32,000 nt of DNA from positions 1 to 32,000 of the forward strand of contig JADGIF010000023.1 of assembly GCA_018985225.1 (NCBI GenBank), written 5' to 3'. Numbering within the stretch: position 1 is the stretch's first letter; each line of letters begins with the position of its first letter. The notes beneath the pieces were generated by a model that searched no databases, was not told the DNA's origin, and saw only the letters and a program-made list of their open reading frames with translations. The translations under genes and the position numbers were made by a program. Shown here in pieces: positions 29,533 to 32,000 of the stretch. This DNA comes from Amoeboradix gromovi X-113 (lineage: Eukaryota > Fungi > Sanchytriomycota).

Positions 29533-31800
29533 ATGCTAAGCAGGATAAGCAGACTATCTACAAGCACTATTAATCAGCTTCTATATAACATTGGCAGTAA
29601 GAATGAGGTTGAATGGTACTTGAATCATTTCAGCAGTGCAGATCAATTTGCTGTAATCAAAGTTGGTGGCGGCGTGCTGGAGCAGAACTTGGATGAGCTA
29701 TCCACTGCATTGGTTTTTCTTCAAAATGTTGGTTTATATCCTATAGTAGTTCATGGAAGTGGTCCTCAGATGAATCTTGAACTTGATAGGTTGAATATTA
29801 AAAAACATTATGAGAATGGGATCCGAGTAACGGATCTAGACACTTTAAAAGTAGCAAAACGTCTTTTTGTTAAGCAGAATATAAAGCTTTGTAATGCTAT
29901 TGAAAAGCTCGGCACTCGTACCCGTCCATTCTATTGTGGGATATTTGAAGCCACTTATCTTGATAAGACTAAATATGGATATGTTGGGAATATCACTAAT
30001 GTAAATAAGCAGCTTTTGAAAAGTGCTATTCATCATGGTGCCTTGCCTATCTTGACCAGCTTAGCTGAGACTGAAACCGGTCAGACTCTAAATATCAATG
30101 CTGACGTAGCAGCTGTGGAACTAGCTAAAGCTTTGAAACCTCTTAAAATTGTTTTTATAAATGAATCCGGTGGCATGTTTGACAACCACAACAATAAAAT
30201 CAACGTTATAAACATGGATCAAGAATATTTGCACTACATGCAATTAGATTGGGTAAAGTACGGGACTCGTCTTAAATTGGAGCAATTTAACAATCTTTTG
30301 CTTCAACTACCGCGATCTTCCTCCATTTCTATAACTAAAGCTAACCAACTTCAGCGTGAGTTGTTCACTCACAGGGGTGCAGGCACATTGATCCGTCGTG
30401 GCTTTAAGATCAACAAGCACACTATGTCTACAGTAGATTTGGCTCTTCTAAAATCCAAGTTGTCTAATTATTATTTATTCAAAAAGATAACGCCTGAGTG
30501 CTTTTTTGGATTATTAAACAACTGTTCGATTTACTGCGATGAACAGTTAGATTGCATAGCTATTGTGCTTCTGATGGACGATATTCCTACGATGGTTACT
30601 TTTCATTCTAATAACAATGCTCGGTTGCATGATGTCGATGAGTTGATTATGGACAGAGTGTTGTCTGATTATCCTAGTCTAATGTGGGTCATCAATATTG
30701 ATGACCCCAACAAGTTATGGCATTTTAAACAGGCTCAGGGTACTTTGAAATGCGAGGATGACATTGTTTGTTGGATTGATAATGATTTGCAGCATGTTAC
30801 ACAGCAATACAAGAAATATAAGCAATACTTTAAGAGACAGCATCATACCTTGGCTAGACGTGGCCATTCTTCTAGCCCTAAGTTCTCCGTTGGTATTGTT
30901 GGTGCTAGGGGACATGTTGGTAACGAATTGCTCAAACTACTCGACAATCACTCATGCTGTGAAGTCTCTGTTGTAGGCAGCAGAAGTGTCGGTATAGTGG
31001 AGCAGTACACTCGCAGCAGGGTGGAATATACGCATGTTAAACCAAGCAATATTAACGATTACAATGTAGATGTATGGATACTAGCACTACCTAACGGACA
31101 CGCGCAACCTTACGTAGATGCTCTGAACACGAATAATGGTTCTGAGCGCCCTCGCATAATAGATTTATCAGCCGATTATAGATTTAACAAAGAATGGACT
31201 TATGGATTACCAGAACTAAATAGAAGTAAGATCAGATCTTCCAGGCTGATAAGTAACCCAGGGTGCTATGCTACAGCATGCCAGTTAGGAATAGCGCCCC
31301 TAATTACAAGGCTGAAAAGTTGCAACATATTTGGAGTCAGTGGATACAGTGGAGCAGGGCACATAAACGATAAAGTGATACATGGAATCGAGGAAGATAA
31401 TATACAAGCATACAAATTGCAGCAACATATACATGAGAGGGAAGTTAAAGAACATACTAGGGAAGTTACATTCACACCACATATTGCTAGCCACTATAGA
31501 GGAATACTGGCGACGTTACAGATACGACTAAACGACAATAGCAATAACAAGCAGTTACTGGACATATACAGGGATTATTATAAAAATGAAGGATTGATAA
31601 AGATTAAAGAAGAAATACCACGATTACGAGATATCATGAATAAAGATCATGTAGAAATTGGAGGATTTAGTGCGCATGGCAATTCTGGAGTGATTGTATG
31701 TACTTTGGATAACTTGTTAAAAGGTGCAGCTACACAATGCATACAGAATTTGAATTTAATAATGGGAGTACCAGAATATACTGGGATATTGGATAAATAA
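29533..31800 (+). CDS. ARG5,6: Mitochondrial acetylglutamate kinase / N-acetyl-gamma-glutamyl-phosphate reductase polyprotein
   Basis: FAVIKVGG, VVHGSGPQ, LNINAD, ELFTHRGAGT (kinase); GIVGARGHVG, ALPNG, IDLSADYRF, SNPGCYATA, GVSGYSGAG, DNLLKGAATQ (reductase). Presequence-like MLSRISRLS from ATG 29533 (alternative ATG 29500). Confidence 0.95.
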   Translation: MLSRISRLSTSTINQLLYNIGSKNEVEWYLNHFSSADQFAVIKVGGGVLEQNLDELSTALVFLQNVGLYPIVVHGSGPQMNLELDRLNIKKHYENGIRVTDLDTLKVAKRLFVKQNIKLCNAIEKLGTRTRPFYCGIFEATYLDKTKYGYVGNITNVNKQLLKSAIHHGALPILTSLAETETGQTLNINADVAAVELAKALKPLKIVFINESGGMFDNHNNKINVINMDQEYLHYMQLDWVKYGTRLKLEQFNNLLLQLPRSSSISITKANQLQRELFTHRGAGTLIRRGFKINKHTMSTVDLALLKSKLSNYYLFKKITPECFFGLLNNCSIYCDEQLDCIAIVLLMDDIPTMVTFHSNNNARLHDVDELIMDRVLSDYPSLMWVINIDDPNKLWHFKQAQGTLKCEDDIVCWIDNDLQHVTQQYKKYKQYFKRQHHTLARRGHSSSPKFSVGIVGARGHVGNELLKLLDNHSCCEVSVVGSRSVGIVEQYTRSRVEYTHVKPSNINDYNVDVWILALPNGHAQPYVDALNTNNGSERPRIIDLSADYRFNKEWTYGLPELNRSKIRSSRLISNPGCYATACQLGIAPLITRLKSCNIFGVSGYSGAGHINDKVIHGIEEDNIQAYKLQQHIHEREVKEHTREVTFTPHIASHYRGILATLQIRLNDNSNNKQLLDIYRDYYKNEGLIKIKEEIPRLRDIMNKDHVEIGGFSAHGNSGVIVCTLDNLLKGAATQCIQNLNLIMGVPEYTGILDK

Positions 31801-32000
31801 ACTGCTTATATTAAAATGGCTAGGCTTCTTTTGGTGTTTTAATGAACATTTGGCTTAAATTTCAAACTTTAATCACTGAAACTTAAGGATTGTAGATTAG
31901 TGTTTCTGTAGCTAATACTGTGGATATGAATGATATAGCAGTAAAACTTTAATATCAGTACAAGGCTATTTCAAGTATCTGTAACATAGATCTCACTCAA

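Noticed and set aside
1-32000. CRISPR arrays, tRNA and rRNA genes
   Set aside because: No regularly spaced repeats or recognisable tRNA/rRNA sequence seen by eye; a covariance-model scan was not possible.

Overview
AT-rich, gene-dense, almost intron-free eukaryotic DNA in the standard genetic code. The gene set (XRN1, fused ARG5,6, FOX2-type beta-oxidation enzyme, secreted chitin deacetylase, P2C-type ATPase, probable CENP-C/Mif2, Crinkler/RHS-type NTPase-REase) suggests an early-diverging fungus or close relative with a compact genome; this placement is inference. The ORF track misses three main signals. (1) Four decayed TnpB/Fanzor loci from two families: a Fanzor1-like N-terminus with a left end (1-623), a Fanzor1-like C-terminus with a structured 3' end (25681-26229), and two copies of a ~460-bp non-autonomous TnpB/Fanzor2-like element with a highly conserved, hairpin-rich omegaRNA-like end (4655-5110, 26434-26905). 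(2) Two MITEs with ~30-bp TIRs whose terminal motif TGRGACAY also marks both Fanzor1-like ends. (3) Two 19-20-nt GT-AG introns sharing the 3' motif ATTAATWTAG, whose removal restores protein C-termini. Also present: three paralogous orphan secreted proteins, very short signal peptides, a bacterial-type PRTase, a PEGL-to-PQGL ATPase, and a pyrimidine-to-purine gradient across conserved genes. All family assignments come from motif recognition by eye; no searches were run.
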